From the NCBI GenBank assembly GCA_965649205.1, contig CBFGJV010000019.1:1-43098 (forward strand): a stretch of DNA of 43,098 bases, read 5' to 3'. This document shows positions 1 through 9,438 of this stretch, piece after piece (the first letter of the stretch is position 1; each line of letters begins with the position of its first letter). Origin of the DNA: a candidate division WOR-3 bacterium. GTDB taxonomy: Bacteria; Hydrothermota; Tepidihabitantia; Tepidihabitantales; Tepidihabitantaceae. Under the pieces are notes generated by a model, which did no database searches, had not been told where the DNA came from, and was given only the letters and a program-made list of their open reading frames with translations. The translations under genes and the position numbers were made by a program.

Positions 1-275
1 GAGGTGGGGGTAGAAAGTGGGAGTGGTGATGAGGGTGGGGTGGGCAGAGGGGGTGAGGGCGGCAGGGACAGCGGATAGGGGCGGGCAGGATGTCCGGGAA
101 GAGAGGTTCGATGAAACAATTGAGCAGTTCTACCTTTCTGGTCTAGCCGATACTTCTATTCTTAGGTTTATTGGACCATTGGCATCTGCAAAGGTATTCA
201 CTTCTGTTGAGTTCTGGGCTAAACAGGGTCAGATGCAGGCCCGACCTGCCGCAGCTTGGCAGGAAGATCATCCGC

Positions 276-303
276 TTGACTCAGGGGGCTGGGCACCTAC
301 AAT
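276..303 (+). promoter_or_regulatory. sigma70-type promoter for tRNA-Arg/tadA/tRNA-Ser
   Basis: TTGACT (276-281), 16 bp, TACAAT (298-303), about 20 nt upstream of tRNA-Arg. Confidence 0.75.
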
Positions 304-322
304 TAGTGCTGCGTGATAGGCT

Positions 323-396
323 GCGCCCGTAGCTCAACTGGATAGAGTGACGGACTACGAATCCGTAGGTTGCGCGTTCAAGTCGCGCCGGGCGCG
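323..396 (+). tRNA. tRNA-Arg(ACG)
   Basis: Cloverleaf: acceptor GCGCCCG/CGGGCGC, anticodon arm ACGGA-CTACGAA-TCCGT, T arm GCGCG-TTCAAGT-CGCGC; CCA not encoded. Confidence 0.97.
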
Positions 397-399
397 TTA

Positions 400-864
400 G
401 TGTTCGTGGAAGAAATCGACAAGCACTGGATGCGTCTGGCGCTGGAGGAAGCGCGGCAGGCATGGGAGGAGGGAGAAGTGCCGGTTGGTTGTGTGGTGGT
501 GAAGCAGGACAGAATAGTGGGACGCGGACATAATCGCACGGAGAGTCTGCATGACCCGACTGCACACGCCGAAATAATCGCCTTGAGCGCAGCGTCTGCG
601 ACTTTAGGGAACTGGCGGCTTACGGGCGCAACAGTGTACGTGACTCTGGAGCCATGTCTGATGTGCACAGGTGCGTTGATGCTGTCCCGACCGGAACGGG
701 TGGTATACGGAGCCAGAGACCCCAAGTTTGGCTGTCTGGGTTCACTATATGACATAGCTTCGGATAGCCGGTTCAACCACAGGCTGGTGGTGGATTCCGG
801 TGTGTGTGCGGAAGAAAGCGCGGCAATGCTGCGGGAGTTTTTTCTGGCGCGGCGGACAGAGTAG
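400..864 (+). CDS. tadA: tRNA adenosine(34) deaminase
   Basis: GEVPVG, HDPTAHAE, TLEPCLMC and FNH motifs. The ORF-track start (370) lies inside the tRNA, so the start is probably GTG 400 (or 406). Confidence 0.93.
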   Translation: MFVEEIDKHWMRLALEEARQAWEEGEVPVGCVVVKQDRIVGRGHNRTESLHDPTAHAEIIALSAASATLGNWRLTGATVYVTLEPCLMCTGALMLSRPERVVYGARDPKFGCLGSLYDIASDSRFNHRLVVDSGVCAEESAAMLREFFLARRTE

Positions 865-894
865 GCGTCAGACAGGAAGTTTGAATAGTCAGCA

Positions 895-981
895 GGAGAG
901 ATGGCCGAGTGGACGAAGGCGCGTGACTCGAAATCACGTATACCCTCACGGGTATCGGGGGTTCGAATCCCTCTCTCTCCG
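895..981 (+). tRNA. tRNA-Ser(CGA)
   Basis: Acceptor GGAGAGA/TCTCTCC, anticodon arm CGTGA-CTCGAAA-TCACG, long variable arm, GTTCGAATCC; CCA not encoded. Confidence 0.96.
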
Positions 982-1041
982 TTCCTATGAAGCTAGTATG
1001 CTCTGCCGATTTGACAGGAGGGTCGTCTGAATAGTTGGAGA

Positions 1042-4000
1042 ATGAGCCGTTTACTATGGGTGCTGGCGGTGATGGTGGTGTTGCCCAGTCTCGCCAGAGA
1101 GCTGAGGATAGTCAAGAAAAACCCCAGACCAGCGCGGGAGTTTACATACCAGCAGAATCGCTTTATCCGTTCCTACACAAATCTGCAACGAGACACCAGA
1201 CCTTTTGAAAGATTCCGTTTCTATCCCACAGATGCCGACAAAGCCGTCATGCAGCGCATGAAACGAGGAGAAAAGGTTACAAAGCGTGTGTGTTGTCTGC
1301 GCGTAGAGTTCGTCGAAGACACCACTCCGTTGACCACAGGCAACGGCAAGATGGACACTTTCGGTTTTCTGCCGCCAGGTTATCACAAGGATTCCACTTT
1401 ATTCTACGACCCCCCGCATTTCAAGACTTACTTTGAGCGGCAGATGGAAGGGTTGCGCAACTTCATCAGGGCGCAATCTTTGGGGAGAATGGATATTGAA
1501 TACCGGGTTTTCCCCGAGGGGGAAAAAGACTGCTATCAGTTGCCCAGACAGATGCAGTTCTACGGCGATACCACATCCTGGGAGGCAATAGAAATAGGAC
1601 TGGTGCGTTTGATGCGCGACGCCTTCAAGATTGCTGATCAGGACCCGACCATAAGGTTTGCAGATTATGATGAGTTTATTATCTTCCATGCCGGTTCCGG
1701 GCTACAGTCTGATTTCGGTCTGCGTAGGGACAGTCCGTTTGACCTGTTGGCCGGAGAGATTCCCCCCGGTGCGCTGGAGGCTTACCTGGGGGTTCCCTAC
1801 ATTCTGGTGGACGAAGGCAGAACCAGAATAGAGCAGGCGACAGTGCTGCCGGAGATGATGCGGCAGGACACAATGTACAAAGATCAGACGAATCTTGCCG
1901 GTATGGTGGGGCTGGCAGGTACTCTGGCTCATGAGTTCTGTCATCTGCTGGGAGCTTATGACCTGTACGATGTGACTGGTGTTACCATGGGCGTGGGCGG
2001 ATGGAGTCTGATGGGATATGGCGGGTGGTTGGGTGACTACGGGGCCGGCGTTCCTCCTGGTGTGATTCCCGGGTTCCTTGATGCGTACACACGGGTACAT
2101 CTGGGTTTTGTGCTTCCGCTGGAGGTGAGGGTTCCTAGAGAATCAGTGCTGGTTTTCGCGGCAGCGATGGACACGGCCCGTTTCTGGCAGCATCAGGACA
2201 CTAGTGCTCCGACGATAGTGAAGATTCCCATTACGGCTGATGAGTATTTTCTTTTAGAAAACCGCCGGGTAGATGTGGCCCATCCTGATACGATAATTGT
2301 GCACGACTCAGATGGCGTGGTGGTGTACGTGGACCACAATGAGTATGATTTCTTTCAGCCGGGCTCCGGCATCCTTATCTGGCATGTGGACGAGTCGGTT
2401 ATTGCCGATTATGGGCCGTACAATGCCATAAACATATTCCCGGAGCGCAAAGGGGTTGACCTAGAAGAGGGCGACGGCGTGCAGGATTTCGACGTGCCCT
2501 GGTATTCGTCCTGGGACCCTTACTCGGAGATATACGGCAACAAGTTTGATCCGTTTTTCAAGGGCGGGTATAACGATCGGTTCACAGCCCGGACTAATCC
2601 ATCCAGTGACGGATACTTTGGCAAGTCCTTCCTGTCTGTAGAGGTGCTGGGGAGCGTAGATTCTACCGATCGGCTGAAGGATACTCTGATGAGCGTGAGG
2701 ATTGGATGGGAGTTGTATCAGAATGGTTTTCCCCAGTATGTGAGCGGGGTGCCGTTGCTGTCGCCGCGCGCCGCAGACCTGGACGGCGATGGTCAGCTGG
2801 AACTGCTGGTAGCCGACACCAACGGTATGATGCGGGCTTGGCGTGCCAATGGTGATCCGGTGCCATGGTTCTACGGTAACCCGGGTATGACTTTAAGTGC
2901 GATTCCGGCTATTGGCGATGTGCGCGCCGGGCCTAATCCCGAAATAGTGCTGGCGGGCACAAATGGAGAGGTGAAGGTCTATGCCGCGGACAGCAGTGGT
3001 GCTGCCCGAGCTGCGGTGCGGACGAAGGACAGGATTCTGGCAGCGCCGGTTCTGGCGGATCTGGATGGCGACGGCAAGAAGGACATCATTGTGGCGTGTA
3101 CGGATATGAAGTTGTACGCCTGGGGTTGGCGTGACGGGCTGCAATTGTTGCCGGGGTTTCCAATTGAGGTAGGAGCAGAGCTGAGGGCGGCTGTGGCAGT
3201 GACTGATACGGTGCGACCTCAGATAGCGGTGCTAAGCGGAGACGGCAGGCTTTTCCTTTACGAACCCGATGGCCGGCTGGTTGCCGGTTTTCCTGTGGAA
3301 TTATCCAATGTGGCCTACTACAACACCGCTCAGCCTCTGATTGGGGACTTCGATCGGGACGGAATCAAGGAGATTGCCGTAGTGGCAGGCGGAGAGTTTC
3401 ACAATCGTCTGTATCTGGTTGATCTGGAGGGGAAGATAAAACACCGTTCGCGCGAGATTATCAGGCAGCCTTTTCTTGGCTCTCTGGCGGCAGCAGATAT
3501 TACCGGGGACGGACGTTTAGACATCTGTGTGGCTTCCCGCAATGACCTTTTTGCCTTTAATCCTAATGGCACGTTGGTGACAAATTATCCCTTCAAGCAG
3601 GATTCACTTTACCGAATCCAGGAACTGGCGGGAAACTGGATTATCTACTACGACGTGCCTTTTCTTTATCTTTCTTCGCCGCTGTGTACAGATTTGAACG
3701 GAGATGGCCGGGTTGATCTGGTTATAGGCTCGCCCCATTACGGGCTTCTGGGTTTCGACGGCGCCACGGGCAGGAGCCTACCATACTTTCCCTTGATGAC
3801 GACAGCGGCAATCAATGCTCCCCCGTTGGCCGTGGATTTGGACGGGGATGGAGACTTGGAGCTTGCTGCCGGTTCTGAGAATGGCATTTTGTATGTGTGG
3901 GACATTCCGGCTGCAAGCAGCGGGATTAAGTGGGGGTGCGTGCATCACGATCCGGCTAATACCGGGCTGATACCGGATGCAGAACTACCGGATGTATCGC

Positions 4001-4293
4001 AGCCAGATTCTGCCGCGGTTTCGTATTTCTATATGTATCCCAATCCGGCGGGTAAAGAAGTTGTGGCGCGATATGGTCTGGGACCTTACGAGTCTCGGGT
4101 GAAGATTCAGTTGCTGGATATGGCCGGCCTGCCCAGCGGTCCGGTCCTTTCAGGTTCGGCTCTGCCGGGTATGGATAACGAGACGGTGATAGACTTGCGT
4201 AAGTACTCGCCCGGTTTGTACGTGGTGCGGCTTGAGGTTGAGAGCAGAAACAGGACGGTGGTGAAGTTTGCCAAGCTGGCTATTACAAGATGA
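1042..4293 (+). CDS. Secreted M6-family (immune inhibitor A-like) zinc metalloprotease with FG-GAP repeats and T9SS-type C-terminal domain
   Basis: Signal peptide; HEFCHLLGAYDLYD (HExxHxxGxxD), WSLMGYG, EYFLLENR, GILIWHVDE; multiple DLDGDG FG-GAP repeats; C-terminal YPNP...PGLYVVRL...KLAI. Confidence 0.88.
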   Translation: MSRLLWVLAVMVVLPSLARELRIVKKNPRPAREFTYQQNRFIRSYTNLQRDTRPFERFRFYPTDADKAVMQRMKRGEKVTKRVCCLRVEFVEDTTPLTTGNGKMDTFGFLPPGYHKDSTLFYDPPHFKTYFERQMEGLRNFIRAQSLGRMDIEYRVFPEGEKDCYQLPRQMQFYGDTTSWEAIEIGLVRLMRDAFKIADQDPTIRFADYDEFIIFHAGSGLQSDFGLRRDSPFDLLAGEIPPGALEAYLGVPYILVDEGRTRIEQATVLPEMMRQDTMYKDQTNLAGMVGLAGTLAHEFCHLLGAYDLYDVTGVTMGVGGWSLMGYGGWLGDYGAGVPPGVIPGFLDAYTRVHLGFVLPLEVRVPRESVLVFAAAMDTARFWQHQDTSAPTIVKIPITADEYFLLENRRVDVAHPDTIIVHDSDGVVVYVDHNEYDFFQPGSGILIWHVDESVIADYGPYNAINIFPERKGVDLEEGDGVQDFDVPWYSSWDPYSEIYGNKFDPFFKGGYNDRFTARTNPSSDGYFGKSFLSVEVLGSVDSTDRLKDTLMSVRIGWELYQNGFPQYVSGVPLLSPRAADLDGDGQLELLVADTNGMMRAWRANGDPVPWFYGNPGMTLSAIPAIGDVRAGPNPEIVLAGTNGEVKVYAADSSGAARAAVRTKDRILAAPVLADLDGDGKKDIIVACTDMKLYAWGWRDGLQLLPGFPIEVGAELRAAVAVTDTVRPQIAVLSGDGRLFLYEPDGRLVAGFPVELSNVAYYNTAQPLIGDFDRDGIKEIAVVAGGEFHNRLYLVDLEGKIKHRSREIIRQPFLGSLAAADITGDGRLDICVASRNDLFAFNPNGTLVTNYPFKQDSLYRIQELAGNWIIYYDVPFLYLSSPLCTDLNGDGRVDLVIGSPHYGLLGFDGATGRSLPYFPLMTTAAINAPPLAVDLDGDGDLELAAGSENGILYVWDIPAASSGIKWGCVHHDPANTGLIPDAELPDVSQPDSAAVSYFYMYPNPAGKEVVARYGLGPYESRVKIQLLDMAGLPSGPVLSGSALPGMDNETVIDLRKYSPGLYVVRLEVESRNRTVVKFAKLAITR

Positions 4294-7154
4294 AGCGTTT
4301 GCGGGATGACAGGCGGATTGTTTCCTGCACGCCCGCCACAGAAGAACCGCAGGTGCAGTCTGGCTTGGGCTGCCGGCCGGGCCGGGATGCGGGGTCAAGA
4401 CCTGCTTTCTGGGTTGTCTGTTTGTCTGCCGTCGGTTTCCTGTCCTTCGCCGCGGCCGCGGTTCTGGATGATCTCCAGTTGGAGCAGTTGCTCAGGGAAC
4501 GTTCCGCCTCTTGTTTCCGGCCTCTGCCCGACAGACAGACGCCGCCAAGACGTTGCCGCACCGCGTTTTCTCTTAGCAATATGGAAGATAGTGTCGTGCG
4601 TGACGACTTTGTCTGTAACGACGACACTTTTGGCGGTGCCAGGCAGGACGGGCCGGCGATAGCGGCGGACAGAGCGGGGAATTTCTTTGTCGCCTGGCTT
4701 GATTTCCGAGACGGAGATGCGGATGTGTGGTTCCAGCGCTATGATTCTTTGGGAAGGCCGCGGGGCAGAAACGAGCGCATGAATACAGACGCTTCCCTGG
4801 GCTGGCAGGGTAGTCCGGCAATCACTTTGGCTCCCGACGGTAGGACCCTGGCTACCTGGGAAGACAGACGGGAGATTGGTAACTCTGACGTGTTCGGGCA
4901 GAGGTTTGATGCTTCTGGCAGCCGGATGGGCGATAACTTCCGGGTCAGCGACTCAGGGGTGCGTGGTGACCAGAATTTCTCCGGTTGTCACATAGTGCCA
5001 AATGGTGTTGCGCTGGTGGCTTGGGATGACAGGCGGAACGGTATTACCGGCGACATATACGCCCAGTTCTACGATGCGGAGGGACGTCTGCGCGGGGGAA
5101 ACTTCATAGTGAACGACGACGGTATAGGCGTGGCCAATCAGTATCAGCCGCAGGTGAGAGGCGATGATTCGGGCCGTTTTGTTGTAGTCTGGATGGACGG
5201 CCGTGGTCGCAATGCGTACGACTGGAACATATTCCTGCAGAGGTTTGACAGTTCCGGCACTCGGTTGGGGGGTAATGTTCAGGTTACGACTGACGACAGT
5301 ATTCAGTGGAGTCCGGGTCTGGCTGTGGCAGGCGGCGGCCAATTCGTTGTTTGCTGGGAAGACAGACGCAGGTCGCAGTGGGATGTGTACGCCCAGTTCT
5401 ACGATGCCGCGGGTCGTTCCCGGGGAGGCAATGTGCTGGTGAATGATGATGCAGGTGTGGCTGAACAGAGTATGGTGGCAGCAGGAGCGAATGTTTTTGG
5501 CGAGTTTCTGGTGGTCTGGAGTGACTGGCGGGGGGGAGATGCAGACATATACGCGCAGCGGTTTTCATCTGTCGGTACGCCACTGGGCAACAACTTTTTG
5601 GTCAGCGACGCTGCTCCGGGCACTGCGCAGACCGCACCAGCAGTAGCGCCGGCACCGGACGGTGGTTTCTGGGTAGTGTGGGCCGACGCCCGCAGCGGCA
5701 ATCTGGATGTTTACTGCCGGAGGCTTGCCAGGGATGGAACGCCCTTGGCGCCAGCTTTCCGCGTGAATGACGACAGCGCAAGTTCACACCAGCGGGTTTC
5801 CTCTCTGGGCATGGATGCCGCGGGGAATACCTTAGTGGCGTGGGAGGACGAGCGTTGGAGTGTCACTGATATATACTGCGCCCTGTTTGATGCTGCAGGC
5901 CGGATGTCAGGTCCCAATATGAGGTTGAATGACGACGGGCCGGCCGGTGCTCCGCAGTATTACGCCGCCACAGCTGCGGGTAAGGACAAATTCCTTGTTA
6001 CCTGGACGGACGGAAGGGCCGGCTTTGACATATATGGGCAGTTTCTGACTCAAGAAGGTCGGCCTGTGGGAAGCAATTTTCGGGTGAATTCGGACACAGG
6101 AGACGCTTCTCAGTGGTATTCTTACTGTGCCATGGATACTAGCAACCGGGCGGTGGTTGTGTGGATGGATACCCGTTCTGCGGACGGCTATCGTATAATG
6201 TGTCGCCGTTACGATGCCGCGGGGAATCCGCTGGGGCCGGAGTTTGCAGTAGCCGACGGCGCAGGTAGTCAGTACTACGCGAGCGTAGCGGCCAATCGGG
6301 AAGGGTGGTTTGTAGTTGCTTGGTCAGACTATCGCGAAGGTGACGGAGACATCTACTGTCAGCTTTTCCGGCCCGACGGGACACGCAAGGGAGGAAATAT
6401 TCTGGTGAGTGTAGATACGGGCGGGGTGTATCAGGGGTATCCGGCCTGCGCCATAGCAGACGACGGCCGATTTGTGGTTGCCTGGGAAGACTGGAGAAAC
6501 GAACAGTACGATGTTTATATGCAGTGGTTTGACACCAGCTTGACACGCCTGGGCGGGAATGAACGGGTGAACGACAATTCCCAAGAGGCCGATTGCTATT
6601 CGCCCACCTGCGCCTTTGACCCCTATGGCAGGCTGGTTATTGCTTTTAATGATGAGCGGGACCTGCCCGGAGTTCCCCAGATCCGTTGCCAGCGTTTTCG
6701 TTTAGACCGCAGCCGTATGGGTGGCAATCAGCTGGTAAACAATCCCAGCCTGTTTCCCAATAATACCCACTGGACGGTAGGGCAGAGCGTAGCCGCGGGA
6801 GTTGACCTTCTGGTTTTCGCCTGGACCGAAAACCGCAGACATCAGGGCTGGGACATATTTGCCAAGTTGACTGATTGGGGGCTGGTCGGTGTGCGGGAGG
6901 GGACGAGGCGAAGAGCTGCGTCGGTAGCTAGAATAACTCCCACAGTCAGCACCGGGATAGTGTCCGTACTTGCCGGCAGTGGAGTTCTGCCTTTGCGCAT
7001 CACGGTGTATGATGGGGCAGGTCGCCTGCGACGGTTTGAAGAGATGGCAACCCCCAACTACAGACTTGACCTTTCCCGGTTGAGGACAGGCGTGTATTTT
7101 CTTTGCTTTGCCGGAGCAGCCGAAACGCAGAGGGTAAAACTTGTTCTGAAGTAA
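4290..7154 (+). CDS. Secreted repeat (beta-propeller-like) protein with T9SS-type C-terminal domain
   Basis: 14 repeats of about 55 aa (xVxWxDxR..DIYxQxFDxxGxxxGxNFxVN); C-terminal VYDGAGR...GVYFL...KLVLK; ATGA overlap with upstream gene; start uncertain. Confidence 0.82.
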   Translation: MKRLRDDRRIVSCTPATEEPQVQSGLGCRPGRDAGSRPAFWVVCLSAVGFLSFAAAAVLDDLQLEQLLRERSASCFRPLPDRQTPPRRCRTAFSLSNMEDSVVRDDFVCNDDTFGGARQDGPAIAADRAGNFFVAWLDFRDGDADVWFQRYDSLGRPRGRNERMNTDASLGWQGSPAITLAPDGRTLATWEDRREIGNSDVFGQRFDASGSRMGDNFRVSDSGVRGDQNFSGCHIVPNGVALVAWDDRRNGITGDIYAQFYDAEGRLRGGNFIVNDDGIGVANQYQPQVRGDDSGRFVVVWMDGRGRNAYDWNIFLQRFDSSGTRLGGNVQVTTDDSIQWSPGLAVAGGGQFVVCWEDRRRSQWDVYAQFYDAAGRSRGGNVLVNDDAGVAEQSMVAAGANVFGEFLVVWSDWRGGDADIYAQRFSSVGTPLGNNFLVSDAAPGTAQTAPAVAPAPDGGFWVVWADARSGNLDVYCRRLARDGTPLAPAFRVNDDSASSHQRVSSLGMDAAGNTLVAWEDERWSVTDIYCALFDAAGRMSGPNMRLNDDGPAGAPQYYAATAAGKDKFLVTWTDGRAGFDIYGQFLTQEGRPVGSNFRVNSDTGDASQWYSYCAMDTSNRAVVVWMDTRSADGYRIMCRRYDAAGNPLGPEFAVADGAGSQYYASVAANREGWFVVAWSDYREGDGDIYCQLFRPDGTRKGGNILVSVDTGGVYQGYPACAIADDGRFVVAWEDWRNEQYDVYMQWFDTSLTRLGGNERVNDNSQEADCYSPTCAFDPYGRLVIAFNDERDLPGVPQIRCQRFRLDRSRMGGNQLVNNPSLFPNNTHWTVGQSVAAGVDLLVFAWTENRRHQGWDIFAKLTDWGLVGVREGTRRRAASVARITPTVSTGIVSVLAGSGVLPLRITVYDGAGRLRRFEEMATPNYRLDLSRLRTGVYFLCFAGAAETQRVKLVLK

Positions 7155-7164
7155 GGGAGGAAGT

Positions 7165-7818
7165 ATGGTGAGATTGTGGATTTGCGGTGCGGTGCTGGTC
7201 GCCAATGTCTCGGCGGGCGATGTTTCGTTCTGGCGTTCGCGGCCAGTAGCTGTTGTTTCCTCTGCTTTTCTACCCGGCACTGGTCAGTTGCTGCTGGGTG
7301 CGCAAAAGCGCGGAGAGGCTATTATTTGGCTGGAGGGTGCTGCCTGGTTTGCCTGGACCGGCTTCACCTGGTATGGTAACAGCCGTCAGGAAGATGCCAA
7401 GCTGATGGCCCGGCGGGAAGCGGGGGCAGACATATCGCAAACTGCCCGTCGCTATTACACGGCATTGGAACGATACGACAATTCAGAACAGTTTAACGAG
7501 GACATAAGGCGAGAGGCGCGCAGCCGGTATCCCAATGACCCACAAGCACAGCATCAGTACTATTTACAGAATGGTTATTTCGGGGAGCAGGCCTGGGACT
7601 GGAGTTCTGATTCTGCCCGTATCGGTTTCTGGCGAGTGAGACGTTCCAGTCGGACTGCTCTGCAGCGAGCAGGCTTTGTGGCCGCGGGAATGGTACTGAA
7701 CCGTTTGGTGAGCGTGTTGGACTGCACCTTTTTTGTGCCGCGGCCAAATGCTCAGTCCAGACTGGAGTTTGGTACTGGTCGAACTCTGGCTTCGCTGGAG
7801 TTCAGGTACAGGCTTTAG
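7165..7818 (+). CDS. Hypothetical exported/membrane protein (SxxxPGxGQ motif, DUF5683-like)
   Basis: RBS GGAGG, signal peptide, SAFLPGTGQLLLG motif, alternating C-terminus LEFRYRL. Confidence 0.7.
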   Translation: MVRLWICGAVLVANVSAGDVSFWRSRPVAVVSSAFLPGTGQLLLGAQKRGEAIIWLEGAAWFAWTGFTWYGNSRQEDAKLMARREAGADISQTARRYYTALERYDNSEQFNEDIRREARSRYPNDPQAQHQYYLQNGYFGEQAWDWSSDSARIGFWRVRRSSRTALQRAGFVAAGMVLNRLVSVLDCTFFVPRPNAQSRLEFGTGRTLASLEFRYRL

Positions 7819-7836
7819 ACAAAGCCGGGTGAGCGC

Positions 7837-9426
7837 TTGCTGCCTTCTGAAGTAGATTATCTGGTAGTAGGTTCAGGAATCGCCGGGCTCTGGTTTGCGT
7901 TCAAAGCCAGTCGGACCGGACGAGTGTTAATCGTTACCAAGAAACAGGATACCGAGTCCAATACTAACTACGCCCAGGGCGGCATTGCTTCGGCATTTGC
8001 GGAGGACGATTCGCCTGAGAAACATTTTGAGGACACTATTGCGGCAGGCCAGGGTTTGTGCAATCCGGAGACGGTGCGCATAGTGGTCAATGCGGGGCCA
8101 TCTTTGGTACGTGAGCTGTTTGATCTGGGCATTTCTTTTGCCACATACCGCGACGCGCAGGGGCGTCTGCGTTTTGATCTGGGACAGGAGGGTGGTCATC
8201 ACCGCCGGCGGATTGTCCATGCCCGAGACCATACCGGCTATGTTCTGGAACACGGATTGGTAAAGATGGTCAGGACGCAGCCTAGCGTGACGATTGCTGA
8301 GGAGCATTTCGGTCTGGAGCTGTTATTGACGAAAGAGGGTAGATGTGCGGGTATGCTGATAATGGACTGCGCAAGCGGGAAGGTACAACAGGTCAGAAGT
8401 CGGGTTACTTTTCTTGCTACCGGAGGTCTGGGGCAGGTTTATCTGCACACCACCAACCCGGCCATAGCAACCGGCGACGGTATTGCCACCGCGTTCCGGG
8501 CGGGCGCGCGCATAGCAAATATGGAATTCATCCAATTCCATCCTACGGCGTTGTACGGGTCGGCCGTCGCGGGACAGACCTTCCTGATTTCCGAATCAGT
8601 ACGGGGAGAAGGGGCGATTCTCCGAACTCAGGACGGGAGAACCTTTATGGAAAACTATCATCCAGATGGTTCCCTGGCTCCGCGCGACATAGTAGCCCGG
8701 GCGATAGATACGGAGCTGAAGCGCAGGAATGAACGGTTTGTACTGCTTGATGCTACGCATCTGAATCCGCAGCGGTTGCGAGAACGTTTTCCGCACATTT
8801 ACGAAACCTGTCTGCGGTTCGGTATAGACATTACCAGACAGCCGATTCCGGTTGTGCCCGCTGCTCACTATGTGTGCGGAGGTATTGCGGTTAATTCCTG
8901 GGCGGAGACTTCAATTCCCGGCCTTTTTGCCGCTGGTGAGTGTGCCTGTACCGGTCTGCATGGCGCCAATCGCCTTGCATCCAATTCCTTGCTGGAGGCG
9001 CTGGTGTTTGCCGAGCGGGCGGCGCAAAGGGTGGCCGAGTTACCTGCAGAGCGAGTGACGGACGGCGTCAGTTTGTCCGTCCGCTACCGGGAGAAAAGGT
9101 CTGGCGATGAGGAGCTGGCAGGCAAAATGAGAACAGAGCTGAAGCAATTGATGTGGGATGCGGCAGGAATAGTACGTAGTGATTCGGGCCTGGAGGATGC
9201 GGCCGCTCGGCTGGCGAAGATTACCTCTGAGCCGTTTTGGTCGGAACTACCTTTATCAGTATCCTGTCTGGAGACAGCTAGCCTTCTCTGCGTTGCCCGG
9301 TTGATCGTCACCTGTGCCGGACTGCGCAGGGAGTCACGTGGCTTGCATTATAACGTGGATCATCCCTACCAGGACCGTCGTTATGAGAAGGATACGGTTG
9401 TTACCCTTGCGGACTGGCGGGATTAG
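7837..9426 (+). CDS. nadB: L-aspartate oxidase
   Basis: VVGSGIAGL, TNYAQGGIA, EGGH, MEFIQFHPT, LAPRDIVAR, PAAHY, GLHGANRLASNSLLE, ESRGLH. Confidence 0.95.
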   Translation: MLPSEVDYLVVGSGIAGLWFAFKASRTGRVLIVTKKQDTESNTNYAQGGIASAFAEDDSPEKHFEDTIAAGQGLCNPETVRIVVNAGPSLVRELFDLGISFATYRDAQGRLRFDLGQEGGHHRRRIVHARDHTGYVLEHGLVKMVRTQPSVTIAEEHFGLELLLTKEGRCAGMLIMDCASGKVQQVRSRVTFLATGGLGQVYLHTTNPAIATGDGIATAFRAGARIANMEFIQFHPTALYGSAVAGQTFLISESVRGEGAILRTQDGRTFMENYHPDGSLAPRDIVARAIDTELKRRNERFVLLDATHLNPQRLRERFPHIYETCLRFGIDITRQPIPVVPAAHYVCGGIAVNSWAETSIPGLFAAGECACTGLHGANRLASNSLLEALVFAERAAQRVAELPAERVTDGVSLSVRYREKRSGDEELAGKMRTELKQLMWDAAGIVRSDSGLEDAAARLAKITSEPFWSELPLSVSCLETASLLCVARLIVTCAGLRRESRGLHYNVDHPYQDRRYEKDTVVTLADWRD

Positions 9427-9438
9427 TGCCGGCCGACT

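Noticed and set aside
17..316. 99-aa ORF upstream of tRNA-Arg
   Set aside because: Derived from a low-complexity G-rich tract, overlaps the tRNA promoter, and has no recognisable motif
1011..1040. TTGACA before the M6 protease as a promoter
   Set aside because: No acceptable -10 box at 16-18 bp spacing; the gene has its own GGAG RBS and may be read through from the tRNA operon
4590..6885. DNA-level repeats such as GCCCAGTTCTACGATGC as a CRISPR or repeat array
   Set aside because: They are codon-level echoes of the protein repeats inside a long ORF; no spacer structure or cas genes
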